A DNA stretch of 64,000 nucleotides from Nitrospiraceae bacterium (GTDB taxonomy: Bacteria > Nitrospirota > Nitrospiria > Nitrospirales > Nitrospiraceae): the NCBI GenBank assembly GCA_050246315.1, contig JBFWWG010000001.1:544001-608000 (forward strand), in the 5' to 3' direction. Of the stretch, positions 23,434-33,162 are shown in pieces (position 1 is the stretch's first letter; each line of letters starts with the position of its first letter). A model generated the notes under the pieces. The model had not been told where the DNA came from, ran no database searches, and was given only the letters and a program-made list of their open reading frames with translations. Both the position numbers and the translations under genes were made by a program.

Positions 23434-24804
23434 ATGAGCGAATTCCACCGACAGATGAAACAGTACGTGACCGACCACCGATCCCGATTTGAAGACCTGC
23501 TGGGGCGTATGGTGGAAGTGCCGTCCGTCAGCATGGACCCTGAGCGGGTGAAAGATGTCCGCCGGATGGCCGAGCTTGGCGCGCAGATCTTGAAGGAGTG
23601 CGGCGCAGAGGCCCAGGTGATCGAGACCGGAGGCCATCCGCTGGTGTCCGGCGGCTGGACGACCGGCGCCAAACATCCGACGGTCACAATCTATAACCAC
23701 TTGGATGTGCAGCCTGCCCAGGAGCCGGAGTGGAGACAGGACCCCTTTGTGTTTCGAAAAGAGGATGGCGTCTATCACGGCCGGGGGACGACCGATGACA
23801 AGGGGCCGGCGCTCACCGTCCTGTTTGCCGCCAAGTTTGCCGTGGAGCGAGGTCTGCCCATCAACATTCGATTTCTCTGGGAGCTGGAGGAGGAAATCGG
23901 CAGCCCGCATTTCGCCAAGGCGTTGCGCAACCGGGCCGCCATCCCTAAGCCAGATTCCGTTGTAATCTCGGATACGATTTGGATCTCCAATGATCAGCCG
24001 GCTCTCGCCGTCGGGTTACGTGGCCTGCTCGCGGTGCGTTGTTCCTTGGTCACCGGATCGAAGGACGCCCACTCAGGGGTCACAGGCGGGGCGGCACGCA
24101 ACCCACTGGCTGAACTGGTGGAAATGGCCGCCTCTTGCGTGGATGCGAAAACTGGGCGTGTGAAGATTCCAGGATTCTATCGGGATGTCCTGCCGCTGTC
24201 GGCAACAGAGAGGAAGAGTTTTCTCAGATCCGGCTTCGACGTGGATCGCTTCATGAGAGCCTACGGCTTTCAATCGCTCCGCACCAGGAAGGCGGCCGAA
24301 GTCATGGAACGGATCTGGGCCAGACCGACGTTCGAGGTGCACGGCCTCACGGGCGGCTACCAGGGGCCAGGCGTCAAGACCGTGGTGCCCTGGAAGGGTG
24401 AGTTGAAGGCGAGCATGAGGCTGGTGCCGAACCAAACACCCGAGAAGGCGTTTGATCTGTTCAGGCGTCATGTCGCCAAGGTCAATCCCGCCGTCAAGGT
24501 CGAGTGCGACGGCATGCTGCATCCCTTCAAAGGCTGGTCCACGGGACCCTACGTCGAGGCCATTCAAGAAGCGATCCGTGCGGGATTCGGCAAGGCCCCG
24601 GCCCTCACGCGAGAGGGCGGTTCCATCGGCGCGGTAGTCAGTATGGAGCAGGCCTGGAAGGTGCCGATTCTTTTCCTCGGACTCAGCCTCCCGGAACATG
24701 GGTACCATGCGCCGAACGAGCGGTTCGATTGGCGACAGGCCTCCGGCGGCATGAAGGCCTTCGCGGCGTATTTTGCCGAGCTGGCGAAGAGGGGAAGGGA
24801 ATAG
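23434..24804 (+). CDS. M20/M25/M40 family metallopeptidase
   Basis: YNHLDVQP, GRGTTDDKG, EEEIGS, DAHSG, HAPNE; TATAAT box about 40 nt upstream. Confidence 0.93.
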   Translation: MSEFHRQMKQYVTDHRSRFEDLLGRMVEVPSVSMDPERVKDVRRMAELGAQILKECGAEAQVIETGGHPLVSGGWTTGAKHPTVTIYNHLDVQPAQEPEWRQDPFVFRKEDGVYHGRGTTDDKGPALTVLFAAKFAVERGLPINIRFLWELEEEIGSPHFAKALRNRAAIPKPDSVVISDTIWISNDQPALAVGLRGLLAVRCSLVTGSKDAHSGVTGGAARNPLAELVEMAASCVDAKTGRVKIPGFYRDVLPLSATERKSFLRSGFDVDRFMRAYGFQSLRTRKAAEVMERIWARPTFEVHGLTGGYQGPGVKTVVPWKGELKASMRLVPNQTPEKAFDLFRRHVAKVNPAVKVECDGMLHPFKGWSTGPYVEAIQEAIRAGFGKAPALTREGGSIGAVVSMEQAWKVPILFLGLSLPEHGYHAPNERFDWRQASGGMKAFAAYFAELAKRGRE

Positions 24805-24860
24805 GGCAGACTGGTTAATTTTCCCGGGGTGCCTGTTGCTCCACCCAATGCCACTGGTCG

Positions 24861-25003
24861 TTCATTCATTCATTCATTCACGTCATTCATTCACAGGGTC
24901 ATTGCTTGACTTGACACTGCTGCATCGCTTGCCTGCGTAGCGCGCATTCATTCACGGGGTCATTGCTTGACTTGACACTGCTGCATCGCTTGCCTGCGCA
25001 GCG
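24861..25003. repeat. TCAT micro-repeats plus a 61-bp-period tandem duplication of the element end
   Basis: 24884-24942 repeated at 24945-25003 with 2 mismatches; (TTCA)n run at 24861-24894. Confidence 0.9.
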
Positions 25004-25901
25004 GGCTGGGGACCGTACACTCGGCCGCACGCTGAATCTTCGAAATGCGCGACGGCGAAACACCGAATCGTTTCGCCACCCGGGCAAGCGGCTCGTTGGC
25101 CGCTCGGCGTAACAGCCACGCCGCGGAACAATAGGCTTCTGCGTGGCCGCGGCTCAGGAGCGCCCGCACGGTGAGTCCATAGATCGCCGCCACGCGCGCC
25201 ACCACCTCTTCCGGCCGCAGGCGCGTCGGCCGGGTTTGCGCGGCAGGTACATTGCCCACACGCTGTCCTTGGATCAGCGCTTCCATGCGCGTCAGAAAGG
25301 CCGCGCGTCCCAAGAAGATTTGGCCTCTCACCTGTGCCCACGGCGACGCGTGTCCGATCCCGGCGTGCACAAACCGCCGGTAGGCACGCTGGGCCGCAGT
25401 CGGCCTCGGATCAAACAAGGTGAGGACACCGGCCACGTCGAGCCAGGTCGGCGTCGGTTCGTCACCCGCAGTGGCCCGATAGCTACTCCATCGCCAGTCT
25501 GCCGCCGTCTCCACCACGGCGGCACGGACCGGATTTAACACCAGATACCGACAGAGCTCCAGGAGATAACTCTCCTTCTCGACGAGAATACTCTTAAACC
25601 GGCCTTGCAGTACGTGCCCGACTCGCCCGTGCCGCCGATTAAAGCGTTGGGTATAGGTGGCGTTCAGGCGGCGCATCCCCCGACTGAGGTTCGCCTCCGG
25701 GGTTTCCACGAGCAGATGGTAGTGATTGTCCATCAAGCAATAGGCGTAGCAGCGCCATCGTTGCTGACGGGTCTCCTGGCCGAGCAAGTCCAGAAACCGC
25801 TGGCGATCGGCGTCATCCTGAAAGATCGGCTGGCGCGCATTGCCGCGAGCGGTGACATGGTACAGGGCGCCTTCAAACTCCAAGCGAAGCTGGCGAGCCA
25901 T
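24960..25901 (-). CDS. Y1 HUH transposase (IS200-like / RAYT) with C-terminal HTH (DnaA-C-like)
   Basis: MARQLR, YHVTARGNAR, YCLMDNHYHLL (HUH), QGRFKS, RYLVLNPVRA (catalytic Tyr), WSSY. Confidence 0.9.
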   Translation of the reverse strand: MARQLRLEFEGALYHVTARGNARQPIFQDDADRQRFLDLLGQETRQQRWRCYAYCLMDNHYHLLVETPEANLSRGMRRLNATYTQRFNRRHGRVGHVLQGRFKSILVEKESYLLELCRYLVLNPVRAAVVETAADWRWSSYRATAGDEPTPTWLDVAGVLTLFDPRPTAAQRAYRRFVHAGIGHASPWAQVRGQIFLGRAAFLTRMEALIQGQRVGNVPAAQTRPTRLRPEEVVARVAAIYGLTVRALLSRGHAEAYCSAAWLLRRAANEPLARVAKRFGVSPSRISKIQRAAECTVPSPLRRQAMQQCQVKQ

Positions 25902-25909
25902 GGCGGCGG

Positions 25910-25938
25910 AGCGTAGCGAGGGGGAAGTGTAAAGTCAA
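25910..25938 (-). promoter_or_regulatory. Sigma70-type promoter with its -35 box inside the upstream TIR
   Basis: TTGACT-N17-TACGCT, 8 nt before the ATG; no SD sequence. Confidence 0.6.
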
Positions 25939-25941
25939 GCA

Positions 25942-25988
25942 ATGACCCCATCAAATGACCCCATGACCCCATCAAATGACCCCATCAA
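25942..25988. repeat. Four reiterated ATGACCCC(ATCAA) junction units
   Basis: ATGACCCC at 25942, 25955, 25963 and 25976. Confidence 0.9.
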
Positions 25989-26610
25989 AGCAATGGGGGC
26001 GACCGAATCCCAGCTTCATGCGCCAATTTGTAGACCCATGTAGCTTATGGATAACGGTTGCCGACTGGCTATTGTTGGGCCAGAAAGGCTCTCCGATGCA
26101 CTGCGCTGAAGGCGGAATATAGAAACCATATCCACTATTCGGATGCCAATAGATTGCAGGTGCTGGCGTGATGGATTTTGATACCTCGTGCAGTTTCTGA
26201 TCGAGAACATCATCGTAATTAAATGTCAGGCAGGTCGCACGATTAACCAAGCAGTAGTATGCGAAGTTCCGCAGTTCGTCCTCATGTGTGAATCCGCTTT
26301 CCTTGGCGTTTTTCAGTCGTTTTAAAAAACTCTCATGTAATTCCCGCCTTACCGACTCAAAGTGAATGGAGGTTGCCTCTGAGTCAAAAGGCATTCCTTC
26401 AAGGCGTGTCAGCAAGCGTTCAATATCAACATTGCCATCAGGTAGTCGGTCTCTTTCTCGTTCAAGAATATCTGCAATTCTTTGAACCTCCTTGTACTTT
26501 CTTATGACAGGGTTAATGTCATAACTGTCGACGAGGAGTGGTGCATGTGGCAAGAAAGCCTTTGTAAACCCAGCGCCAAGCACAAACACCTGTCTTTGTT
26601 TTTGGTCCAT
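25972..26610 (-). pseudogene. SIR2-like (SIR2_2) protein, 3'-truncated at the element junction
   Basis: VFVLGAGF, LTFNYDDVLD, HKLHGSTNW; stop codon lies inside the junction repeats; visibly AT-richer than flanks. Confidence 0.7.
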
Positions 26611-26828
26611 GTGACTAACCCTTATGAAGCGCCCTGTGTTGGCGACCTTGGGGCCATAATGAGGCAGCCTCTAGAGAAGGAAGCCTCTTGACGGTGGACT
26701 GTAACGAGCCAATCCCCATCCGAACATACCTTGTCCCGCATGGCCTGGAAACTCCGAGGGAGCACTGTATGCGCCATTGTTAGGTACAACTATCAATCAC
26801 TGAGCTTTTGAGTTGTAGTCTGTCCTCT

Positions 26829-27053
26829 TTATGTGTCCTTGTTGCGCTCGCCCAGTAATTCCTGAGTGACGGAAGCTCTGCTCCTCAGCATCCCGCACAG
26901 GCTGCGGATGTATGCCTTTGTAATCGGTTGGAAGATGATCTCGTTGCCTCGCTCCACGAAACAAACCTTGGTCCCAGGCTTGATGCCGAATCGATGGCGA
27001 ATGCGAGCTGGAATCACGAGCCGCCCTTTGGTTGTCACGTAGGCGGTTTCCAT
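26829..27053 (-). CDS. AbrB/MazE/SpoVT-family DNA-binding protein (antitoxin-like)
   Basis: VTTKGRLVIPARIRHRFGIKPGTKV; GGAGG RBS. Confidence 0.85.
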   Translation of the reverse strand: METAYVTTKGRLVIPARIRHRFGIKPGTKVCFVERGNEIIFQPITKAYIRSLCGMLRSRASVTQELLGERNKDT

Positions 27054-27105
27054 ACAGTCCCTCCACGATGTCGCAAGAGAAGCAGACCGAGCACTCCACC
27101 TGGCA

Positions 27106-28124
27106 CTATTGCGTCGGGCTCAGTGGGGCGAGCAGCAAGGAACTCAATGGACTGGCAAGCAGCGGCGTGAGCATCAAGCCGAACTGGGGAAAATGATCCT
27201 GTAACGAGAGGAAGAGGCCATGGTCTTTCAGCCACTCGTCCTGTTCTACCAAGGGCAGTTTCTCGGGGGCCGTCTGCAAGAAGCGCTGAGCCCGCCGCGC
27301 CAGCAGGACGGCGGCAGGCAAATAGGTCGCTACCGGCACGAGGGTAACGGTGACGCCCCAGTACAGAGTGATGGCCAGCGCCGCGCCCAGCACGGCTTCG
27401 TGCGCATGCTTGTCGCCGACCAACGCCGCCAGGCGCCCATATGCAAGACCCCGGCTACGAGGATGGCCGATCCCGCGCTCAACACCTCTTTCAACCGGCG
27501 CATCTGCACGGCACAGTGCTCCTGATCCGCCGGCCGGCCGGAGACCGGCGGCGCCAGGGTGCTACAGGCTGCGAGCAGCGCCACCACCGGAACAACGATG
27601 GCCTGCACGTTCACGACGGAAACCACCGTCATGGTATAGCGCAAGAGGCCTTCGCTGATTCGCTGAGACCCGGCATGTCGTAAATTATCGTAGGTGAAGC
27701 CAAAGACAGCTCGGTAGAGCGCGTGGCTGTTATCAAGCCACCAGAGAAACAGCAATCCGATCGCGGACAACACCAGACCCACCGTCGAAACGACCATCAG
27801 CCGCCGCATGGGATGAGATTGATAGATCAGCGTGGCGCACATCATCGCGGCGTACGCTCCGGCCACCAATGCCACCACGACCGTGGTGAGCCAAACGTAC
27901 CGCGCTTTGACTTCAACAAGAAAATGCGTCGCGTGAAACTCTCGGGACGGAGACTTCGAGGCAGGCTGCATCAGGCCCTTCGTGAGGTCGAGAAAATTAT
28001 CCACCGTGATGTTGGCGCTGAACTCAAACAGCTCGACGGCCAGCAGGAGGATCGCAATTGGGGGCACCGTCAGCATCAAGAATCGATAGTCCGAGAGTGA
28101 AGGGGCGGCCGGCTGTGTCATCAC
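27106..28124 (-). pseudogene. Multi-TM hypothetical membrane protein with apparent frameshift near 27425-27435
   Basis: Hydrophobic ORF 27330-28124 becomes implausible after LHMGAW while the overlapping frame 27106-27423 continues with TM-like sequence. Confidence 0.55.
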
Positions 28125-28336
28125 GTTGCAGGAGGATGCGGTGCGGCTCGATCACATCAAAGCAAGGACTGCCATCCTAACACACTCACCCGATGGGGAC
28201 GAGCGAGGAATGCCGGCTTCGGAGATCGTCGCCCGAAAACGAATGGATAACCCCGGCCCTCGCACGCATTGACAGAACGGTCGGTACCCGCTAGCGTGGA
28301 GCTGCTCGGCGCACTCTGGATTGGGATGGAGCCCGG

Positions 28337-28891
28337 ATGGATGCGGAACGAACAGCGGGACTGAGCCTTGCCGCCCTTGGTCTCCATCGGTACGACCTTG
28401 TCGTGACGTTCCTCCTGGTTATGATCGGATGGTCCATCGGATTGGGATCTGCTCCAGGATGGGCGGGCGTATCAGCCACCTCACGGATTTTGCCAACCGG
28501 AGATGCGCTCGAACTGACCTATCAAGCCAATGGGGAGACGTGGAGGGATCTCATTCCGCTCCATCGAGCGGGAGCACTTCGTTATTTCAGCGCCGGGGTC
28601 GGCATGGCCGAGCGGGCGGCCGAGTATCCTCCATTTCCGATCAAACTCGTCTTGACCGCCGGGGGAAAACCCTACCTGGCTCGCGTGGGCGTGCAGATTG
28701 TGAGTCACGGGGGGGCGATCACCCTGTCGATTCCGCCTGAGCATGTGACGGGGCCGTGGCTCTTTCTCGATCTGCCCGCCGGGACCTACGACCTGACCGG
28801 GATAAGAGGGGATGACAGGCCGCAGCTTCGCCGCGTGACGGTGCAGCCCGGATCCTCGCAAACCCTCTATCTCCGCTTCGCCGGAGAGTAA
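28337..28891 (+). CDS. Hypothetical exported protein (carboxypeptidase-regulatory-like beta-sandwich)
   Basis: FSAGVGMAER, GPWLFLDLPAGTY motifs; hydrophobic N-region; start uncertain. Confidence 0.65.
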   Translation: MDAERTAGLSLAALGLHRYDLVVTFLLVMIGWSIGLGSAPGWAGVSATSRILPTGDALELTYQANGETWRDLIPLHRAGALRYFSAGVGMAERAAEYPPFPIKLVLTAGGKPYLARVGVQIVSHGGAITLSIPPEHVTGPWLFLDLPAGTYDLTGIRGDDRPQLRRVTVQPGSSQTLYLRFAGE

Positions 28892-29131
28892 GCCCTCACC
28901 GACATTCCTCTTCATTCCAAACCGAAAGCCGCCGCAGGCCCTGGCAGCTCTGGGCTGGCGACGCGCATGCTTCACAGGAGCGGCTTTCGCGCAGACCGAT
29001 CGGGCAGGCGGATGTGTCGATCGACACGGGCCATGTAGACGGAAGGATTTTGGAGCGGAAGCGAGCCGACCATCGAGGGTCATCGATGGGGCGACCCTGT
29101 GGGCAGGGAGACGACGCAGCGGTCGGGCATC

Positions 29132-30184
29132 CTATGTCAGCGAGGCTAGGTCGATCACAAAGCGGTAGCGGACGTCTCCACGGAGCAGGCGTTCGTACGC
29201 CTCATTCACCTCTTGGATGGAGATCACCTCAACATCCGCCGATGTTCGATGCTTGGCGCAGAAGTCCAGCATCTCCTGGGTTTCTCGGATGCCGCCGATG
29301 AGCGATCCGACGAGCCGGCGGCGACGCAGCAGTAGCGGAAACGCGCCGACCGGCATCGGCCGGCTCGGCGCCCCCACAAGGATCATGGTGCCGTCCGTTT
29401 TCAATGTGTTGAGGTACCCATCGAGGTCATGTGAGGCCGAGAGCGTGTCGATCATGACGTCGAACCGTCTGTCGAGTTTGGCAAGTGCGGAGGAGTCGGA
29501 GGTCAGAATGAAGTCGGACGCGCCGAGGCGGGCGGCGTCCTGTTGCTTGTGCGTCGAATGGCTGAGCACGGATACCTCGGCACCCAGGGCCGCCCCGATT
29601 TTGACGGCCATGTGTCCCAAGCCGCCGAGCCCCACCACGCCCAAGCGCTGCCCTTTGCCGACGCCCCAATGCCGAAGCGGCGAGTAGGTGGTGATCCCGG
29701 CGCAGAGCAGGGGTGCCACGCTTTCGAGCGGCAAGGTCGCAGGAACGCGCAGCGCATAACGTTCATCGACGACGATCTGATCGGAGTAGCCGCCGTAGGT
29801 CGGGGTCTGTTGGTCGCGTTCCGTCCCGTTATAGGTCAGGACCAGGTGGCCATCGCAATACTGTTCGAGTCCCAGCCGGCACTGCGTGCACACACGGCAG
29901 GAGTCCACGAAGCAGCCGACACCGGCCAGGTCGCCGATGGCGAATCCGGTCACTGCCGATCCGACTTGACGCACCGTGCCCACGATCTCGTGACCGGGGA
30001 CCATCGGAAAGATCGATCCGCCCCATTCGTCTCTGGCTTGATGGATGTCGGAATGACAGATCCCGCAATAGCGGATACGGATCAGCACGTCGTGAGACCC
30101 GACCGCTCGTCTGACGAACGAGAAGGGTTCCAACGGAGAGGTGGGACTCCGGGCTGCGTAGCCGCTGGTCGACAACAATCGCAA
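29132..30184 (-). CDS. Zn-dependent NAD(P)H alcohol dehydrogenase (cinnamyl-ADH/YahK-like)
   Basis: CGICHSD, GHEIVG, structural Zn Cys cluster, APLLCAGITTYSPL, GLGGLG. Confidence 0.95.
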   Translation of the reverse strand: MRLLSTSGYAARSPTSPLEPFSFVRRAVGSHDVLIRIRYCGICHSDIHQARDEWGGSIFPMVPGHEIVGTVRQVGSAVTGFAIGDLAGVGCFVDSCRVCTQCRLGLEQYCDGHLVLTYNGTERDQQTPTYGGYSDQIVVDERYALRVPATLPLESVAPLLCAGITTYSPLRHWGVGKGQRLGVVGLGGLGHMAVKIGAALGAEVSVLSHSTHKQQDAARLGASDFILTSDSSALAKLDRRFDVMIDTLSASHDLDGYLNTLKTDGTMILVGAPSRPMPVGAFPLLLRRRRLVGSLIGGIRETQEMLDFCAKHRTSADVEVISIQEVNEAYERLLRGDVRYRFVIDLASLT

Positions 30185-30211
30185 TTCTCCGTTCGCGAGC
30201 CCGTATGAGCG

Positions 30212-31936
30212 TCAGTCTTTTTTCGGCTCGGGTTTCGGCTCCATGGCTGTCAGCAACGGCTTGAAGGTCGGGTCCGCATCAAGCAAGGCCTTCAGGCTGT
30301 CGCGGTTGAGGAGATAGCTCCAGACCTCCGGCGTGGCGCCCGGCGTCAGCTCGAAGAACTGCTTGGCCTGGGTGAGGTTTGCCAACATCAACTTGGGGTC
30401 GCGCTCCGCCATGTAGAGTTGGCTGTAGGCCATCGTATAGGCGGCCGTGAACTTGTCCAGCGGGTCGTCGGTGAGTTTGAACGCTTCCTCGGCTTCGCGA
30501 TAGGCCTGGTCGATGTCGGGATCGTTGAGAGACCGATTCCACGACACCTTATGGATGCGCGACCAGGCTACCTCGATCAACGCGCGCGCCCGCTGGCCAG
30601 GGCGGGCTTGTGCGAGATCGTTGACCAGCGCCTCGTGCGTTTGGATGGCGCGAAGCTGGTCGTTGTTCCAACGGTAGGCGATCCCGAGGTGAAGGCGATT
30701 ATCCAAGTCTTTAGGACGGACCTTGGAAAGTGTCTCCATCGCGGGAATCATGCGGTACAGAAAATCCCCGGCGGTCGGCTGCGTGAGTCCACCCATTTCC
30801 ATGCTGTTGGACAGGTCCATCCGAAAGTTTTGCGCGTACCAATTCCAGGACAGTTCTGTGACCCGTCTCGCGAGCATGGCATCCTTGAACGGCACGGAGG
30901 GCACGGCATCGCCTGTGACCAGGACTCGGCCGTAGAGATCGTTCGTCATCGCCGTGAGCGCTTCCGGTTGCTCCCCGTCGATCAGAAGGACCCGATTTAG
31001 CATCGCGATCCGATCCCGCAACTCCGGAAAATGCCTGGATCTGGCCACGGCGGCGATCAGCAGGCCGGAGCCGTCCGACGGCTGCCAGATCGCCGCCGAG
31101 TCCGCCACCACACGGCTGGCCTCGGTCGAGAAGGGGATCGCCTCGCTGGGAAGCTCGCCGGTCTGCGGGAGATCGCCCGCGTCCGATAGGACGGAAACCG
31201 GTACGCTGAGGACCGCGGCATCGCCCGGATAGCCCAGACCCTTGAGGCCCGTCATGACCACAAACTGCACGTCCACGGATTTCACGGCGACACGGGGGCG
31301 ATGGATCGTCGATCGGAACCGGTAGGCCCCCTTGGCGAAGGTCACCGGAGAGGTAAGCATGTCCTTATAGGTCACACGCAACCGAACGAGGGACGTTGGG
31401 ACGTTGGCCAGTTTGCGGTTCCTCCCGGCGGGAAAAGAGGCCTTCGGGATCGCCTGCTGCCGTTCGATCGATAGGGTGAGGCCGGTGCCGGGCGGCGACT
31501 GGCCGAGCAGCTCCATCACGGCCGTCGCGGCTTGGTACGTTTCGAGCGGTTCGGTAAAGAACACCAGGCGTCCCGGACCGGGCCAAATGGTGTCCATTCC
31601 TTCATCGGTCTTCCAGATGGCCGGCTTCACGGCCTCCTTGAGGCGGTTCCAACAGTCTGTATAGATCCCGTCCGTCGCAGGAGGGAATTTTTTCAAGGTC
31701 CCCTGTTGCTCGACCATCCGGTACTGGCAGGCAAAGTCGAGTTGGCCGAATGCGGTCTGGTCTCCCGACGAAATGGCGAGGGCATAGTCCATTGCCGCTT
31801 TGCCGGCCGGCGACGGAGTCGGAGACTTCCGAGCCTTCTTCTGACTTGCGGAGGCCGCCCAAGCCGGAGTGACGACCGTACCGACCATCATCAGGACGAG
31901 CAGCACTGTCGCCAGGAGCCTGGCCGACGTTGTCAT
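30212..31936 (-). CDS. Hypothetical exported protein with TPR-like helical C-terminal half
   Basis: Signal peptide ending TPAWA; long ORF with host-like codon use; helical repeat-like C-terminus. Confidence 0.7.
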   Translation of the reverse strand: MTTSARLLATVLLVLMMVGTVVTPAWAASASQKKARKSPTPSPAGKAAMDYALAISSGDQTAFGQLDFACQYRMVEQQGTLKKFPPATDGIYTDCWNRLKEAVKPAIWKTDEGMDTIWPGPGRLVFFTEPLETYQAATAVMELLGQSPPGTGLTLSIERQQAIPKASFPAGRNRKLANVPTSLVRLRVTYKDMLTSPVTFAKGAYRFRSTIHRPRVAVKSVDVQFVVMTGLKGLGYPGDAAVLSVPVSVLSDAGDLPQTGELPSEAIPFSTEASRVVADSAAIWQPSDGSGLLIAAVARSRHFPELRDRIAMLNRVLLIDGEQPEALTAMTNDLYGRVLVTGDAVPSVPFKDAMLARRVTELSWNWYAQNFRMDLSNSMEMGGLTQPTAGDFLYRMIPAMETLSKVRPKDLDNRLHLGIAYRWNNDQLRAIQTHEALVNDLAQARPGQRARALIEVAWSRIHKVSWNRSLNDPDIDQAYREAEEAFKLTDDPLDKFTAAYTMAYSQLYMAERDPKLMLANLTQAKQFFELTPGATPEVWSYLLNRDSLKALLDADPTFKPLLTAMEPKPEPKKD

Positions 31937-32085
31937 TCGCCGCAGTAGAAAGGTCAATGCCCGCCAGACTCCTAGCAGCCGAAAACCGCGAAACCCACCA
32001 AGTTGAACAACGTCGGGTCTGTGAGTCATGCCACACCTATAGGAATTGCGAGGAGCACAGGAATGTCGATGCCAAAGAGGCCACT

Positions 32086-32232
32086 CTAGCATGCGGCCCC
32101 TCGCGCATGAAAGGGGCGGATGCCGGGACTCGGCCGCATCATTTATGGATGACGGTTCGCCGTGTTGCGCCCGGTGCTCTGCCGTTGCAATGGACCGGGG
32201 CGGCAGAAGCGTTCATGAATCGTACGGGCTAG
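32086..32232. repeat. Degenerate dispersed repeat (family D) ending TTCATGAATCGTACGGGCTAG
   Basis: 32200-32221 is an exact 22-bp reverse complement of 46012-46033; 32159-32230 aligns with 46362-46430; left boundary approximate. Confidence 0.65.
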
Positions 32233-32660
32233 CGACCGGACTCGGAGGGAGGAGGCCGGTCGGGGGAAGGAGGACGGAACTGAATCAACGATCGGATGTA
32301 GGCCACGACATCACGCTGCTCTTCGTTGGTCAGCATCCCGCTCCACGCGCGCATCGATGTATGCGGCTTGCCCTGGTCGATGATCTGAAGCAATTCCTTG
32401 TCGGATTTGGCCGACGTGGCGGCGGAGATCAAGCTCGCAGGGCGTGGCGAGAGGTAGGGCGCCTCGGCTCCGTCGCCGTTTCCGCTGAGGCCGTGGCAGG
32501 ACAGACAGTGCTCAAGATAGATGGCACGGCCCCGGTCGGGAGAGCCGATCGGAGCAGAAACGGATGGGGACGTTAGGGTTAGTAAGGTGAAGAGGGAGCA
32601 GCCGACGAGGAAAAGGATGATGAGGGTCGGACCACTCGGGCCCCTGCCGTCACCGAGCAT
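32229..32660 (-). CDS. Monoheme cytochrome c
   Basis: CLSCH heme motif, distal Met in HTSMRAW, N-terminal TM/signal. Confidence 0.9.
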   Translation of the reverse strand: MLGDGRGPSGPTLIILFLVGCSLFTLLTLTSPSVSAPIGSPDRGRAIYLEHCLSCHGLSGNGDGAEAPYLSPRPASLISAATSAKSDKELLQIIDQGKPHTSMRAWSGMLTNEEQRDVVAYIRSLIQFRPPSPDRPPPSESGR

Positions 32661-33162
32661 GGTCGGGTGTACCCTGAGTCGGCACAGGACCCCACGGGTT
32701 GCGCTGCGCGCGCACCCATCGTTCGAGTTGTGTCTTAAGTTCCTCCGGATTCGGAACGCCGCGGACGACCAGAAACTCCTCGGTGAGGCTATTGGCGATT
32801 TCGAGCTTGCCGAGATCGAACCAACGATTCAGCAGTTCGTATCGGACGTGAATGTCGGTCACCTCCTTCAGGAGGAACTCTTTCACAAGCCGCCGATTCC
32901 GGCCAAAGTGGCCGAAGTGCACCCATATCCGGGAGGAGGTCAGGCGGTAATAGTAGGCATAGTGAAACCAGGAAGCGATGCCGAGAAATAGGACGACGGC
33001 GAAAAGATACAACGACGCCGTACCCCAGTGGTGAGCCTGGATGGCGACGGCGGTCCGGACGGCCGCAGCGGCCATGAAAATGAACAACACCGCTTGGTCC
33101 ATCCACGACGTATGGCCTTCCCACAATACTCGTTCCGGCTGGGACGGGGTATTGTCGTTCAT
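32650..33162 (-). CDS. Membrane protein with bacterial PH domain (bPH_2-like)
   Basis: ERVLWEGH, two TM helices, YRLTSSRI, LLNRWFDLGKLEI, GVPNP. Confidence 0.75.
   Translation of the reverse strand: MNDNTPSQPERVLWEGHTSWMDQAVLFIFMAAAAVRTAVAIQAHHWGTASLYLFAVVLFLGIASWFHYAYYYRLTSSRIWVHFGHFGRNRRLVKEFLLKEVTDIHVRYELLNRWFDLGKLEIANSLTEEFLVVRGVPNPEELKTQLERWVRAQRNPWGPVPTQGTPDHAR

Larger units (their letters stand above)
24956..25949 (-). mobile_element. 994-bp element: Y1 transposase bounded by 24-bp terminal inverted repeats
   Basis: GGGGTCATTGCTTGACTTGACACT (24956-24979) versus AGTGTAAAGTCAAGCAATGACCCC (25926-25949): 23/24 complementary. Confidence 0.8.

Noticed and set aside
24861..25003. Possible CRISPR array
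   Set aside because: Only two near-adjacent copies, no unique spacers, no cas genes; the repeat is the transposase gene end
26612..26784. Possible integron attC site between the AbrB and SIR2-like genes (ACCTAAC after the gene on the minus strand)
   Set aside because: No matching GTTRRRY at a suitable distance, no convincing fold-back, and no integron integrase in the window
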